A DNA stretch of 64,000 nucleotides, taken from NCBI GenBank assembly GCA_030141605.1, contig JAQGDQ010001068.1, positions 1-64,000 of the forward strand, given 5' to 3'. Every line of letters starts with the position of its first letter. Within the stretch, counting starts at the first letter, position 1. Source of the DNA: Tubiluchus corallicola (lineage: Eukaryota; Animalia; Priapulida). The position numbers and the translations under genes were made by a program. Below the pieces are notes generated by a model. It had not been told where the DNA came from. It searched no databases and saw only the letters and a program-made list of their open reading frames with translations. Below, piece after piece: positions 37,060 to 48,664 of this stretch.

Positions 37060-39033
37060 GAGTTTATTATTATTATTATTACTATTACTATTACTACTAT
37101 TATTGTTACTATTGTGATTGCTATTGCTATTGCTGTTACTATTACTATTAATATTACTGTTACTATTACTATTACTATTACTGTTACTATTAGTATTACT
37201 ACTACTATTACTATTGCTATTGCTATTGCTATTTCTATTGCTATTGCTGTTACTATTACTATTATTGTTACTGTTACTATCACTATTACGTATTTCGTAT
37301 AAAAATATACAGCTTACAGAGACAACAGGATATTAGTAAAACAGGTAATGTGATGTTAGTAAAGTAACATTTCTACAGAAATTCAACTTTATAATAGCCA
37401 CTCATTGTAGTATCCTTGTAATCATATTACAGCATACAGTGTTGTAAGAAGCTATATTAGGTATCTTAAAACATCATCTTTAAATGAGTTCTTAACCTTT
37501 AATTTTATATTTATCTGATTTTTGTGAGTAAGTTGCTCGATTAGACTACGTAAAGCAAGCCAGCAATTTGCAAGTGGTAATTGTCAATTAAAATTGAACG
37601 TTTGTGTTTAACAATATTGCCATGCTAAATAAAAATAACTAATTATAATTGTAATTAACAGTCACTTCAGCATATATTTTTACATTACAATTTGCATTAC
37701 TATTGTTATAACTATTATGCGCTATGACTAGAAAAATGAAATATAGTTACAATAATTGTAACAGAACTACATCAGCATACTATATGTAGCAAGTAGCATC
37801 AGCATATATATATATATATATAGCGTGGTATAGTTTGGGGAAAAATTACAAATATAATTACAAAAATTTAACAGAAATATATTAACATATTATAGAAAGT
37901 GCCCTCCTTTTACGTTCCGAGTAGCACTTCTACCATTGATGATTAAATTTAACAAAAAACCTTACCTTAGCGATGGGGGTCCAGCTCTGATATCCAGGTA
38001 AGAGCTTGTTTCAAACAAAACAGACAACCTGCAAACAACAAACCCAGACAGCCGAAAACAGATGCATCAGACACATGGATTAATAAGAACTTTAAATGCT
38101 GTTATTAAAACTCAGATACAAAATAACACCAAACTCTGTGAAGGTTTAACACAAAAGCGGTTCTCTTTCCGTCTGCTAAAAAGTAGTTCCCAACTTCTCC
38201 GCCCACTTGCCAAATAATTCCACGTTAACAAAAAAAAGAAGAAAATTGTTGTTCCCTACATTTCTCGCGAATATTTTGCTGATTCGCGACACGTACTTAC
38301 TAAACTACATAATAGTTTGTCAACAAGAAATAGATGCTCCCTGATGATCAAGAAGCAAAGCTTGAAAGACCACCATGAAAAGTGAAAAAACTACTTAATT
38401 AGCAAGAGAGAGATTTATAGAATAACAGGGAATAGTTAAGATAAAATAAAAGACAAAGATAGAGAAAAAGAGAAAAGAAATGAAATAAAAAGGAATTCTA
38501 GTAATGAATATGTGCTAAATGGAAGGCCAAAAAGATTGAAAATGATTTATTTACTTCACTTTCAAGTTCAATTTATTTCTCTGTAGATTTACATTAACAA
38601 TTGATTTTCTTATCCTGCTTCATAATTATATAACACGGTGTAATTTGCAGCGCTACAATTTCTTTTACAATTTACACTATTCCTAGAAGGGTATCTGACT
38701 TGATGACCAATTGGTCTTTCGCTATCCTTTCTCCAGCACCCCCCCCCCCCCTAACTCTTTCCTTTATGCACAATTATTATAGCCTATTTGTATTATGTAG
38801 GCCCTAACCTGGGATAATACAGGTATGTAGCACCTATTGCTATACGTTTAATAGCAATTTTTACCTACGGTCTGCCATTTGCCGTAAAATTAATACCATT
38901 GTGCGCAGACTTTTACTGTCGAACGAAAACTAATTTATGATTCTTTTAGGATCTAATGATGCCGAAATTGTGGATTTTGTTTCTAAACTTGTATTAACTG
39001 TTTTAACAATAGAAACATACATTATTTTTGGTA

Positions 39034-39235
39034 AAAAGATACAAATTGTGCATACTTTATTTTGTGTAAAAAGATACAAATTATGCGTACTTTATTTTGT
39101 ATTAAAAGATACAGATTATGCGCACTTTATTTTGTGTAAAAAGATACAAGTTATGCATATTTTATTTTTTGCAAAAAGATACAAATTATGCGTACTTTAT
39201 TTTGTGTAAAAAGATACAAATTATGCGTACTTTAA
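39034..39235. repeat. ~35-bp minisatellite, ~6 copies
   Basis: aaaagatacaaattatgcgtactttattttgtgt repeated. Confidence 0.85.
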
Positions 39236-40115
39236 TTAATTTATGTTTCTATTGTTAAAACAGCCGAATTTATAATTATCTACTATCATAAGAAATGCCA
39301 TTACCTACCAACAATAGCAGTTCTTATAGTCAGGCTAAAATTAAATATTTTTGTCATCAGAACCTATTTTACATTTTGTGTAAAATAGTCGCCCGTTTAA
39401 TATTGTATTTTTTGAACTACATTTTGCTATTCCCTACTATACATCTCACTAAATGTTGTTTTGGTGTGTTGTTATGTTTTTCCTGTATGCCAATAAATCT
39501 CTCTTTGTAAACAGGGCCTATTTCAGCCTAAGCGAGGCCCGGGGAAGTGGGGCGTGTGAGGCTCACTCGAGGGGGGGGGAGGGTTGTGAAGCGCCGGGGG
39601 GCGGGCGTCACCATGGTTGACGCCCAGAACATTTTTGAACTGCTGTAACGCCGGGAAAACATTTTCGCGGAGAAAATATGGAGTTATACAGTTGTTAAAG
39701 GAAAGAACAATTGAAAGAAAAACTGCTTTATTCTCAAGATCAGTCATTAATACTTGTCAATACTGGCAAGCGGCGCGCGTGTAGCAAGAGAGAGAGAGAG
39801 AGGGGGGGGAGAGGAGGCAGTATGTTCGCATAAAGCAAAAAAAATGTTACCTTGGCGCGAGGCCCCCCTGGAGGGTGAGGCCCTGAGGAAGTATCCCCAC
39901 CTCCACCCCCCTCCCTGTCCCTTTTTGTAAATCTAATGGGCCTACTATGAATATCTAATCATTTTTATAACTAGTTTAAGCATTATAGCTGCCAAATCTT
40001 TAACCGTTGCGTTTTGTTACTTACAGGGGGCGCTGTGACAATTCACCAATTCTAACGTGTTCGGCAAAATCCTCGTGCAGTGTATGACGTCATCGGATGA
40101 CGTCAGGCAGAGACG

Positions 40116-40413
40116 ATGGTTCCATCTGGTGTGGTGACTACGTTAGCGTTCATGTATAAAAATCTCTACCACATTATTGCTGTGATATTAATGTGTCTGG
40201 TGAGCTTGCAATATTACCGCCACCAGAGGACGCGATACGAAATTTTGCTGATGACTCATCGCGCTCCAAGAAACGGTGGCCTTTCCTCAATCTTCAGAGT
40301 TGGGGAGAAAAATGTGGATTTTAGTGAGAATGTAAGGCCAAATGTAACTACAGAATCTGCAAATAACCTAAATGGATCTCTACCTCTGTGTCCTCTAGTA
40401 TCACCTGATTTAG
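40116..40413 (+). CDS. bre-4: beta-1,4-N-acetylgalactosaminyltransferase (GT7, bre-4-like) coding exon 1: type II TM anchor and stem
   Basis: ATG at 40116 after an acceptor at 40026; hydrophobic YHIIAVILMCLVSL; LPLCPLVSPDL|VG typical of GT7; donor gtaagc. Confidence 0.85.
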
Positions 40414-40725
40414 GTAAGCTTATTTAGCCCAATGAGCTTGCTAAGGATAGTAATATTGGTACAACGTCCAGTAAGCTTGATGGACCTAGTAATTTTGGTA
40501 AGCCCAGTGACTTTGGTAAGCTCATTGACTTTGGTAAGCCCAGTAAACTTGGTAAGCACAGTGACTTTGGTTAGCCCAGTAAGCTTAGTTGGTCAGCTAA
40601 AGTTGGTGATAAGTCCAGTAACATTGGTAAGCCCAGTAAGCTTGGTAAGCCAAGCCCATTAAGCTTTGTGAGCTCTCTATATTTGGTAGACACAGCAAGT
40701 TTGATCAGCTTTGTAAGCCTTATGT
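40414..40725. repeat. 18-bp degenerate minisatellite (ttggtaagcccagtaagc) at the start of GT7 intron 1
   Basis: Direct reading. Confidence 0.75.
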
Positions 40726-40740
40726 GCACACTAAGCTTAG

Positions 40741-41033
40741 CAGGACATTTTACGAGTTAACACGAACAATTTAATCAAATAACAATTTTCTTTTCTAGTT
40801 ACAAAAGTTTTTGGGACATAATTTAACATTGCCGTTTCTACCCCTGATTTACGTTTGCATAGTGACGTTATGTAATGGCGCCATCGGAAAATTATTGCTT
40901 GAGACTTAAAATGAAAACAAACAAAAATTCCTTTCAGCGCGAGTACGATATACGCATAAAATTGCCGTAAAGTAATATAATATTTTAAAGCGATTTTTCT
41001 GAAACCTACTTCAGGTGCCCCTTTTCTTGTCCT
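40741..41033. mobile_element. Kolobok-like MITE, family C
   Basis: Ends in cttgtcct|TTAA; an inverted homologue at 62791-63020 begins TTAA|aagacaag. Confidence 0.6.
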
Positions 41034-41037
41034 TTAA

Positions 41038-41576
41038 AGGAAAACCGGATGATTGTTTAAACACTAGTTCAGAATCAAAAACGCTCTAAAATATTGAAAA
41101 CTACAATAGCTTTTTTTAAATCGAAGCTTCGATTAAATAATAATTACCTTGGATAATAATTTCGTTAAACTTTCAAAGCTACCTGTGGCTCAGTGAACCT
41201 ACTAAGATTGGCAACGGTACCTTTTTGTCACGTGCGCCTGGCCGACAAATAGAAGGCTGCACCGTGATAACTATAATCACGAACCGCTGCGTTAGTTTCG
41301 GATGTCATATGATGTAGAGCCCATATTCGTGACATCACATGTTTAAACAATAACAATTATGCAAATGTGCTTGACGAGCAAAGGAAGACTTCTGCCACAG
41401 CCTAAACTGTGATTAGTTTCTGACGCAAGCAATAGCTGTGTTCACTTGCCATTAATTAACTTTCTAAGCTACTTATTCAAATATACGAAACAATTGCTAA
41501 CTTTTATAGGAAAGAAAATGTATATTTTGGACAGTAAATTAAAATGAGATTGAGTCTAAACAATCGTCCGTTTCCT
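41038..41576 (-). mobile_element. Kolobok-type MITE, family A, copy 2
   Basis: TTAA|aggaaaaccgga...tccgtttcct|TTAA; interior inverted relative to 4279-4812. Confidence 0.85.
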
Positions 41577-41724
41577 TTAAGCAGATAAACCAGTCAGAAT
41601 TTTTATTATAGGAGGAATACAAAGTAGCATTTTCTAAATCAGTCTGACTGCAATTAGCAATAATTTTTTTACATTACATTAATTAGACAAATTAATCAAT
41701 TGTTTTGACTATTGTTCCAAACAG

Positions 41725-41960
41725 TGGGTAAACTGAACGTCACCACCAGTGCGCCGCCTAGTTGGAGTAAACTGAACCAGGACTTTCCCTCTGTGATGCC
41801 TGGCGGTCACTGGAAACCGCTAAACTGTGTTGCCAGGTCTAGGGTTGCCATCATTGTTCCTTTCCGCGACAGAGACGAGCATCTGAGACTTTTCTTGATG
41901 AATCTCCACGGCATGTTGATGAGGCAGCAGCTTGATTATCAAATTTACATCATTGAACAG
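41725..41960 (+). CDS. bre-4: GT7 exon 2
   Basis: PGGHWKPLNCVARSRVAIIVPFRDRDEHL...QQLDYQIYIIEQ; acag acceptor and gtaatt donor. Confidence 0.95.
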
Positions 41961-43230
41961 GTAATTCAAAGTGTTCTAGAGGGAACGTTTACTCTTTCGT
42001 TCACATTTATTCGTTCACTCAATTTTTCCTTCCTTCCTCACTGCGTTTTCCTTCACTTGTTTGTGTTATTATTTGTTTGGACACTTTTTCTTGTTTGTTT
42101 ATTCAATTACATCGTGTTGTTTGTTTGTTTCCTGGGCATGTTGGTTCGTTTGTTTGTCTGTCTGTCCATCTGCCCAGTGTTCAATCAATCAGCCATTCAT
42201 TTATTCTTTTTCTTTCTACCGTTGATTTTTCATTCGTTTTTCATATCTTGATTCATTCGTTTATTCGTTTGTTTGTTCATTCGTTCATTTATTTACCCAT
42301 TCGTTTAATCTCTCATTGATTCATTTAATAATTCTTTCGTTCATTCATTCATTTACTTTTTCATTCATTCATTCATTTATTCAATCACTCACTTACTCAT
42401 TCGTTCATTCATTTTTTATTTATTCATTTACCTTTTCCATTAATTCGTTCTTTCTTTCTTCCATGTACTTGTTCACTCATTCTTCATTCATTTATTCATT
42501 CATTCACTCACTCTCATTTTTCATTCATCCGGCTAAAATTTTATTCAGTATATTAGGGATAGGTTTAGGGTTATTTCTTTTCTTGCTGTGACATTATTAC
42601 CTGGATTCATATGTAGAAGAGTAACAGTTGAACAAATACATAAAAATACCCGTTAGGTATTACCACGGCGCATTAAGTAGTTAGACAAAAGTGTTTTGAC
42701 GCCCACACCTCGGGGGAGATGAGGAACTGACTTGGAGATGGAGGGCTGGCATTACTATACTCTTATATTTACCGTGTTGTTTTTGATATTTAATAAATAA
42801 ATATATTTAATAATTGGTTCCTTAAATCAAGTCTTGATAGTTTGCCAAGCCCATCGTGGCTACCTCATACGCCACACGATAAACAACAATAATCAGGAAG
42901 CAGCTTTAACCGCAAGAATAAATAAACTTTAATCAAAATGTGACACGTGATAACCAAACACTGCCGTAACAAAAGAGCAAATTTTGCTGGCGCCATCTAA
43001 CGAATAAATGCACGAAATCAAAGCCCAGTCTTTCTACGGAAATGACACCCTCTAAAGCCACTAAAAGTACCAGAAAATCTTAGCTAGCTTATTTTGTTCA
43101 TTCTATTTTTGTGTAAAACCAAAACTTCACAAACTGTGCTCTATTTCAGCTTTAAAAACTAGATGCTATTACAATTTCAGGCAGCCGTCCCTTCGTTTTG
43201 CTAAATTAAGATGAAATTAGATATTATACT

Positions 43231-43792
43231 CATGGTCATGGTTGGTATCCTTGGTGCACACTCCATAGTGCACACAATGGAGTGTGCACCAAAAGAGTCA
43301 GTTATTGATCACATTGATGGAGCTGCAATGTCGATTATGGCTGAGCAGCGCGATCCTTGAACGTCTCCAGGGTGCACGCCTGGGCAAGGTATATGGAGAT
43401 CCTGAGTTGCCCAGACAATAGGAACCCCCTCTCTTCCTCCCTGGTGTAGTCCAAAGGAAAGCGGAGTGATACGTTTGGCACCAGGTTGGCTGTTGCAGCT
43501 GCCGGAGTCAGTGAGCATGCTGCACTGGTCCGCCTTCGGGGCTCCACTCCTGATTTGTAAGGTTTACTCCTCTACACATGGCCGTTGGGTCACTTGACCT
43601 CCTCCACCCTCTGCCGGTGGCTGCTTGCGCAGCTCCTCCGCCTAGTGTCGAGATACAGTATGGGCATCCCGCAAGCATACAGCACCTGGTATTCCTAGGC
43701 TGTCACCCATCCAAGTACTAACCAGGGTCTACGTTGCTTAACTTCGGTGATCAGACGAGAACCGGTGTTTTCAACGTGATTTGGCCGTAATC
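43231..43792 (-). mobile_element. 5S rRNA-derived SINE (SINE3-type), most complete copy
   Basis: 5S head at ~43673-43790 (tacggccaaatcacgttgaaaacaccggttctcgtctgatcaccgaagttaagcaacg...gctgtatgctt); shared body; exact 12-bp TSD agatattatact at 43219-43230 and 43793-43804. Confidence 0.92.
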
Positions 43793-43842
43793 AGATATTA
43801 TACTAACCTCCAATAAAGTAACAAATCTCAATTCTGTTTCAG

Positions 43843-44030
43843 TCAAAACCAGACGAATTCAATAGAGCAAAGTTATTTAACACCGGGTTTTCTGAAGCGC
43901 TGAAGCAGTATAATTGGACTTGTTTTGTTTTCCACGATGTTGATCTGATACCAGAAGATGATAGAAACATTTACAGCTGTGCAGAATATCCTCTTCATCT
44001 GTCTGTTGCGATTGATAAATTTAATTATAA
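43843..44030 (+). CDS. bre-4: GT7 exon 3 (FNRAKLFN, DVD motif)
   Basis: SKPDEFNRAKLFNTGFSEALKQYNWTCFVFHDVDLIPEDDRNIYSC...HLSVAIDKFNY; ttcag acceptor and gtaagt donor. Confidence 0.95.
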
Positions 44031-44075
44031 GTAAGTGTAATTGTTTAATTAGAGAAATGAGCTTCATTATCAAGC

Positions 44076-44130
<55 letters not shown>

Positions 44131-44557
44131 GAGAGAGAGAGGAGAGAGAGCATGCGGGAGGGAGGGAGGGAGAGAGAGAGGGGGGAGGGAGAGAGAGTTA
44201 ATAACAATGATGATGATGATGGTGGTGTTGGTGTTGGTGGTGGTGGTGGTGATGATGGTGGTGGTGGTGGTGGTGGTGGCGGCGGAGGCGATGATGGTAA
44301 AAATATGGATGATAAAAGTGATTGTGCCGATGATGATGATATTAATAATAATTATTGTTATTATTGCTGTTGTTGTTGTCGAGTTATGTTCCTTACACTC
44401 TCCTCTCTCTCTCTCTCTTTCTCCCTCTCTCTGTCTTTCTCTCTAACTTTCTCTCTCTTTTTCTCTCTCTCTCTCCCTCCCTTCCCCTCTCTATCTCTCC
44501 CTCTCTCCGTCTCTCTCTCTCCCGCTCTCTCCCTCTCTCTTACTCTCTCTTTCCCTT

Positions 44558-44625
<68 letters not shown>

Positions 44626-44635
44626 CTTTTTCTTC

Positions 44636-45345
44636 TCTCTGAATGTAATTTGGCTAATCATATATGAAAAACTGTAGAATAACCTCAGAATATTATTGTA
44701 GAATATTTTCTGTCTTTCTTTCTCCCTCTTTCTCTTTTTCTCTCTTTCTGTCTTTTTCTTTCCCTCTCTCTCTCTTTCTCTCCTTCTCTCTCTTTTTCTC
44801 TCCCTCTCTGAGTATAATTTGACTAATTATGTATAAAAACTGTAGAATAACTTCAGAATAGTACTGTAGAATATTTTCTCTCTTTCTTTCTCCCTCTTCC
44901 CCTTTCTCCCTCTCTTTCTGTCTTTTTCTTCCCCCCGCTCTCTCTCTCCCTCTCTGAGTATAATTTGGCTAATTATATATAAAAAAACTGTAGAATAACT
45001 TCAGAATAGTACTGTAGAATATTTTCTCTTTCTTTCTCCGTCTTTCCCTTTCTCTCTCTCTTTCTGTCTTTCTCTTCCCCCCTCTCTCTCCTCTCTCTTT
45101 CTCTCTCCCTCTCTGAGTATAATTTGGCTAATTATGTATAAAAAACTGCAGAATAAGCTCAGAACAGTGGTGTAAAATATTTTCTCTCTTTCTTTCTCCC
45201 TTTTTCTCTTTCTCTCTCTTTCTATCTTTTTCTTTCCCCTATCTCTCCTCTCTTTCTATCTCCCTCTCTAATTATAATTTGGCTAATTACATATAAAAAA
45301 CTGTAGAATAGGCTCAGAGTAGTACTGTAGGATATTTTCTCTTTC
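44636..45345. repeat. ~150-170-bp tandem repeat with CT-rich spacers, 5 copies
   Basis: ctctgagtataatttggctaattat...actgtagaataacttcagaatagtactgtagaatattttc recurs five times in GT7 intron 3. Confidence 0.85.
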
Positions 45346-45456
45346 TTTCTGCTTCTTTTTTGTCTCTTCTTTTCTGTCTTTCTTTTTCATTTTTCTCTAT
45401 CAGTCACTCATTGATTGCAAACTAAATTACTTGCTTATTGACACTTTATTTTTCAG

Positions 45457-45579
45457 CCTTTTGTACCAGCAACTATTCGGTGGTGCCAGCGCCATCCCTC
45501 GGAAGACGTTCGAAAATTTGAACGGATTTTCAAATTTGTTTTTTGGCTGGGGAGGCGAAGATGACGACATGGCAAAAAG
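45457..45579 (+). CDS. bre-4: GT7 exon 4 (catalytic WGGEDDD)
   Basis: LLYQQLFGGASAIPRKTFENLNGFSNLFFGWGGEDDDMAKR; phase 2-2. Confidence 0.95.
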
Positions 45580-45853
45580 GTGGATGGTAACATTTGTAAT
45601 TTTCAGCCACATCATCTTTAGAATGTGAAACTGCCCTTAGGTAATCAAGACGTTTAGGCTGACGACGTCACTGTGACACTTTCAAACGAAAAACAAACAA
45701 ACGAACGATACAAAATGCTGTGGAAGTAGTGGTTTGAGTAGCAAACCAATGATCCAAACAACCAAACAATGAACCAAGCAGCCAACCAACTAACCAGTCA
45801 GCTAACCAACAAACCAACCAATCTATCTACCCTTCATCAACCACTCAACCGAC

Positions 45854-45886
<33 letters not shown>

Positions 45887-46228
45887 AGGGAGGGAGGGAG
45901 CGAGGGAGAGAGGGTAAGAGAGAGCAAGGAACATAACTCGACAATGCCAACAACAACAACAACAATAATAATAATAACAATTATTATTAATATTATTATT
46001 ATTATTAAAACTATTAGTATCATCATCATCTTCATCATCATCATCATACATCATCATCATCATTGTTATTAACAGTACCAATAAGAATTGTGATTTTTAT
46101 TGTTGCTGCTGCTGTTATTATTATTATTAACTTTTCTTGTCTCCCTCTCTCTCCTTCTTGCTCTCTCTCCCCTCCCTCTCTTTGTTCTTCGCTCTCTTTC
46201 TCTGACCATCTCTGTCTCACTCCCCCTC

Positions 46229-46292
<64 letters not shown>

Positions 46293-46421
46293 CCTTCCCT
46301 CCCTAACAAATAACTAACTAGTTAACTAACAATACAGAAGACGCTGTAACCAAAACTGGGTTTATAATTTTTTAATATAATATTTAACACAATTATTATA
46401 CGGTTTTTAATTTCTTGGCAG

Positions 46422-46517
46422 GTTAAGTATAAAGAAGTATCCAATCATGAGGTATCCAAAGTCAATTGCCAGGTATAAAATGTTGGAACATAAGAAAGCA
46501 GAGCCAAATAAGCACAG
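46422..46517 (+). CDS. bre-4: GT7 exon 5
   Basis: RLSIKKYPIMRYPKSIARYKMLEHKKAEPNKHR; ggcag acceptor and gtgaat donor. Confidence 0.9.
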
Positions 46518-46554
46518 GTGAATACTGAAAATAAATAGTCTTTCTACTGTTTCT

Positions 46555-47244
46555 CTGTGCGCATGTGCAGTTATCGTAGGTCAAAGGTCAAGGGTACCAC
46601 AGCAGTGAGTCTTAACTACAACCATCACATGACGTGTGTAAAGCAAAGCTGTCTGCTGCAACTTCAGTTGTTTTGCCTGGACTTTACTTAATTATGCCTT
46701 AGTCTGTCTGTAGAGTGCTTTACTAGCAGGATCTTGCTTGGGAACAAGGAAAAATGAACTAGGCAAGGTTCTGGTTAGACGTTAAAACTTTTATTATAAC
46801 TGTAGCTTTGGCTGCGAGACGCATAATGTTTTGGGAAACATTGCACAAAAAACAGCTGTTGTACCTCTCAATTTAGCTGTGTTAGTTTCTGATGAACTAC
46901 ACACGTTCGGCAGCTAATACGTAAGCACAGCGATAAATTTGAAATTTGATTTTTTTTCTTAAAACTTGTCTAGTTTTAGTACAACGCACTAAATATCTTA
47001 CAGTAGCACTGTACTTCAATTTCCGCTTTCACAAACACGTGCAACATGCTCGTGGAATATTTTTGCTGTTGAAAATTATGTTAGTTTGTGATGTCATTAA
47101 TAGTTGGGCTCGCCTGCCATTAACTACGCTTTTAATCTATTATTTAATTATCAGAAATGCTTTTCCAGCATTAATTGTGTTGAAATGTATACTTTTTATC
47201 TGACTTGAAAATGGGGTAGTATATGAAAAATCATTCAGTCTTCC
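46555..47244 (+). mobile_element. family B deletion derivative with Kolobok-like right end
   Basis: Matches 3230-3515 and then 6165-6550; ends in aaatcattcagtcttcc|TTAA. Confidence 0.7.
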
Positions 47245-47361
47245 TTAATGGGCTGTGCATTACTACTTTACATGATTAAGTAAAGTAGAGCTGGTAGTTG
47301 TGGAACTGGATTTGTAACCTAAAAGTCACAAGCTCATATGTGTCCTTTGATTCCAGTATTA

Positions 47362-48007
47362 CCATACATGCGTGTGTACAAGTCGACCTTATGTACAAGT
47401 CGATGTGCATTTTAAGACCAAAAATTGCATCATTTTATATATTACCTGTGTACAAGTCGACCCTAAAATATTAAGATGTTCCAGAGTAAATGATGTGTTT
47501 CATCACCTTCCCATTTGAAGAAAAAAATAATTTACTAAAATTAATTACCTCTGCGTAGTTGTGTTTTACATACGCGTGTATGCTGGTAATGTAAATTTTG
47601 CCAATAAAACGCGCATATACAAGGCTACTGTAAAACTTCCCGCGGCAGCCGAGAGGTGGCAGAACCTGCACAACATTGGCGATTTCCATATTCTGATCGA
47701 GTGGCTCCGTCGCTAGTTTATTTACCAGTAATATATAAATTTTAACTCAATTTCACAACATTAAAATAAATTACAGTAATATTTGTTAATTTTGTGAAGT
47801 AATGTCAAGATGCGAACATTCTCTGATGTAAAGTTTCACAGTATGAGTGTTCATTCAGTCCAGCGTATAATGAAGAATTATTTCTTTACATTGTAGACGA
47901 CTCTTTAGCGACATCTCCCAAAAATATATTTTAAGTATATGTCGACCCCAAAAATTTCGCCTTAAAATCGCCTCTCAAAAATTCGACTTTTATATAAGTA
48001 TATACAG
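47362..48007. mobile_element. Tc1/mariner-type MITE
   Basis: TA-flanked; tgtacaagtcgacc repeats at the left end, and gtcgacc plus cgacttttatataagtatatacag|TA at the right end. Confidence 0.6.
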
Positions 48008-48426
48008 TAATCATATTTATTATATGATAATCATTTCATGTTACAGGTTACTGAACACTTTATAATCATGATCACAGTTTTTCATAGTTCTCGCTCCATT
48101 TTATCTTTCATTCACTACTCCCCCTCCCCCACTTTTATGTTTATATTATTATTATTTCAATTATTAATCACTTCTTTAAGATTTCCACGTACAGTTTGGC
48201 CTGTCAAGCTATGGTTTTAGGCTCAAACTGTATGCATCAAAATTATTCTGTAATGTAATTTGCACATGTATATGCTGCATAAGAATCTCTTTTGTAATTT
48301 CTGGTTAATATTGCATTTATGTTTATATTTACTTCAGTGAAATTATTTGTATTTTTATGATAACTGTTAGATGCAGAGTGGAAATAAATAAACTTATAAA
48401 CTTGTGTTACGTTTTTAATCTTACAG

Positions 48427-48664
48427 ATTTCTAACTATGAAACAAGGGGAGAGCAACTTTAATCTGGATGGATTAAACAGTCTCAGCTACACTGTGATAT
48501 CTCGCGAGAAGCGGCCATTGTACACTCACATTCTCGTCAACCTCATTTCAAAGAGTTCTCCTATTGACGCCGAGGTGCTCGCGAAACAGGACAAACAGTT
48601 TGCTCAAATTATCAAAGAGATTGGAAACGTGGATTTAGCTATGGCTTACCTTGCTCATCACTAA
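48427..48664 (+). CDS. bre-4: GT7 terminal exon
   Basis: RFLTMKQGESNFNLDGLNSLSYTVISREKRPLYTHILVNL... carries the DGLNSL and PLYT.I.V motifs; TAA at 48662-48664. Confidence 0.9.

Noticed and set aside
38341-38368. ctgatga...gaaa hammerhead-like string
   Set aside because: Stem II does not close next to the core, and stems I and III are absent
39512-39925. GC-rich block starting cagggcc, possibly a hAT-type MITE
   Set aside because: No convincing right TIR or 8-bp TSD could be read
41961-42591. Hydrophobic extension of the 41712 ORF and nearby TM-like ORFs
   Set aside because: They lie past the gtaatt donor at 41961 in (ttca/ttgt)n intron sequence
43600-43700. HDV-like ribozyme at the 5S/body junction (gcctag...ctaggcgg pairing and a GNRA-capped gctgc/gcagc hairpin)
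   Set aside because: P1 is only 6 bp, P2 and L3 do not fit the consensus, and the GG of P1.1 is not kept in the 11.3-kb copy; a covariance search on the family consensus would be needed
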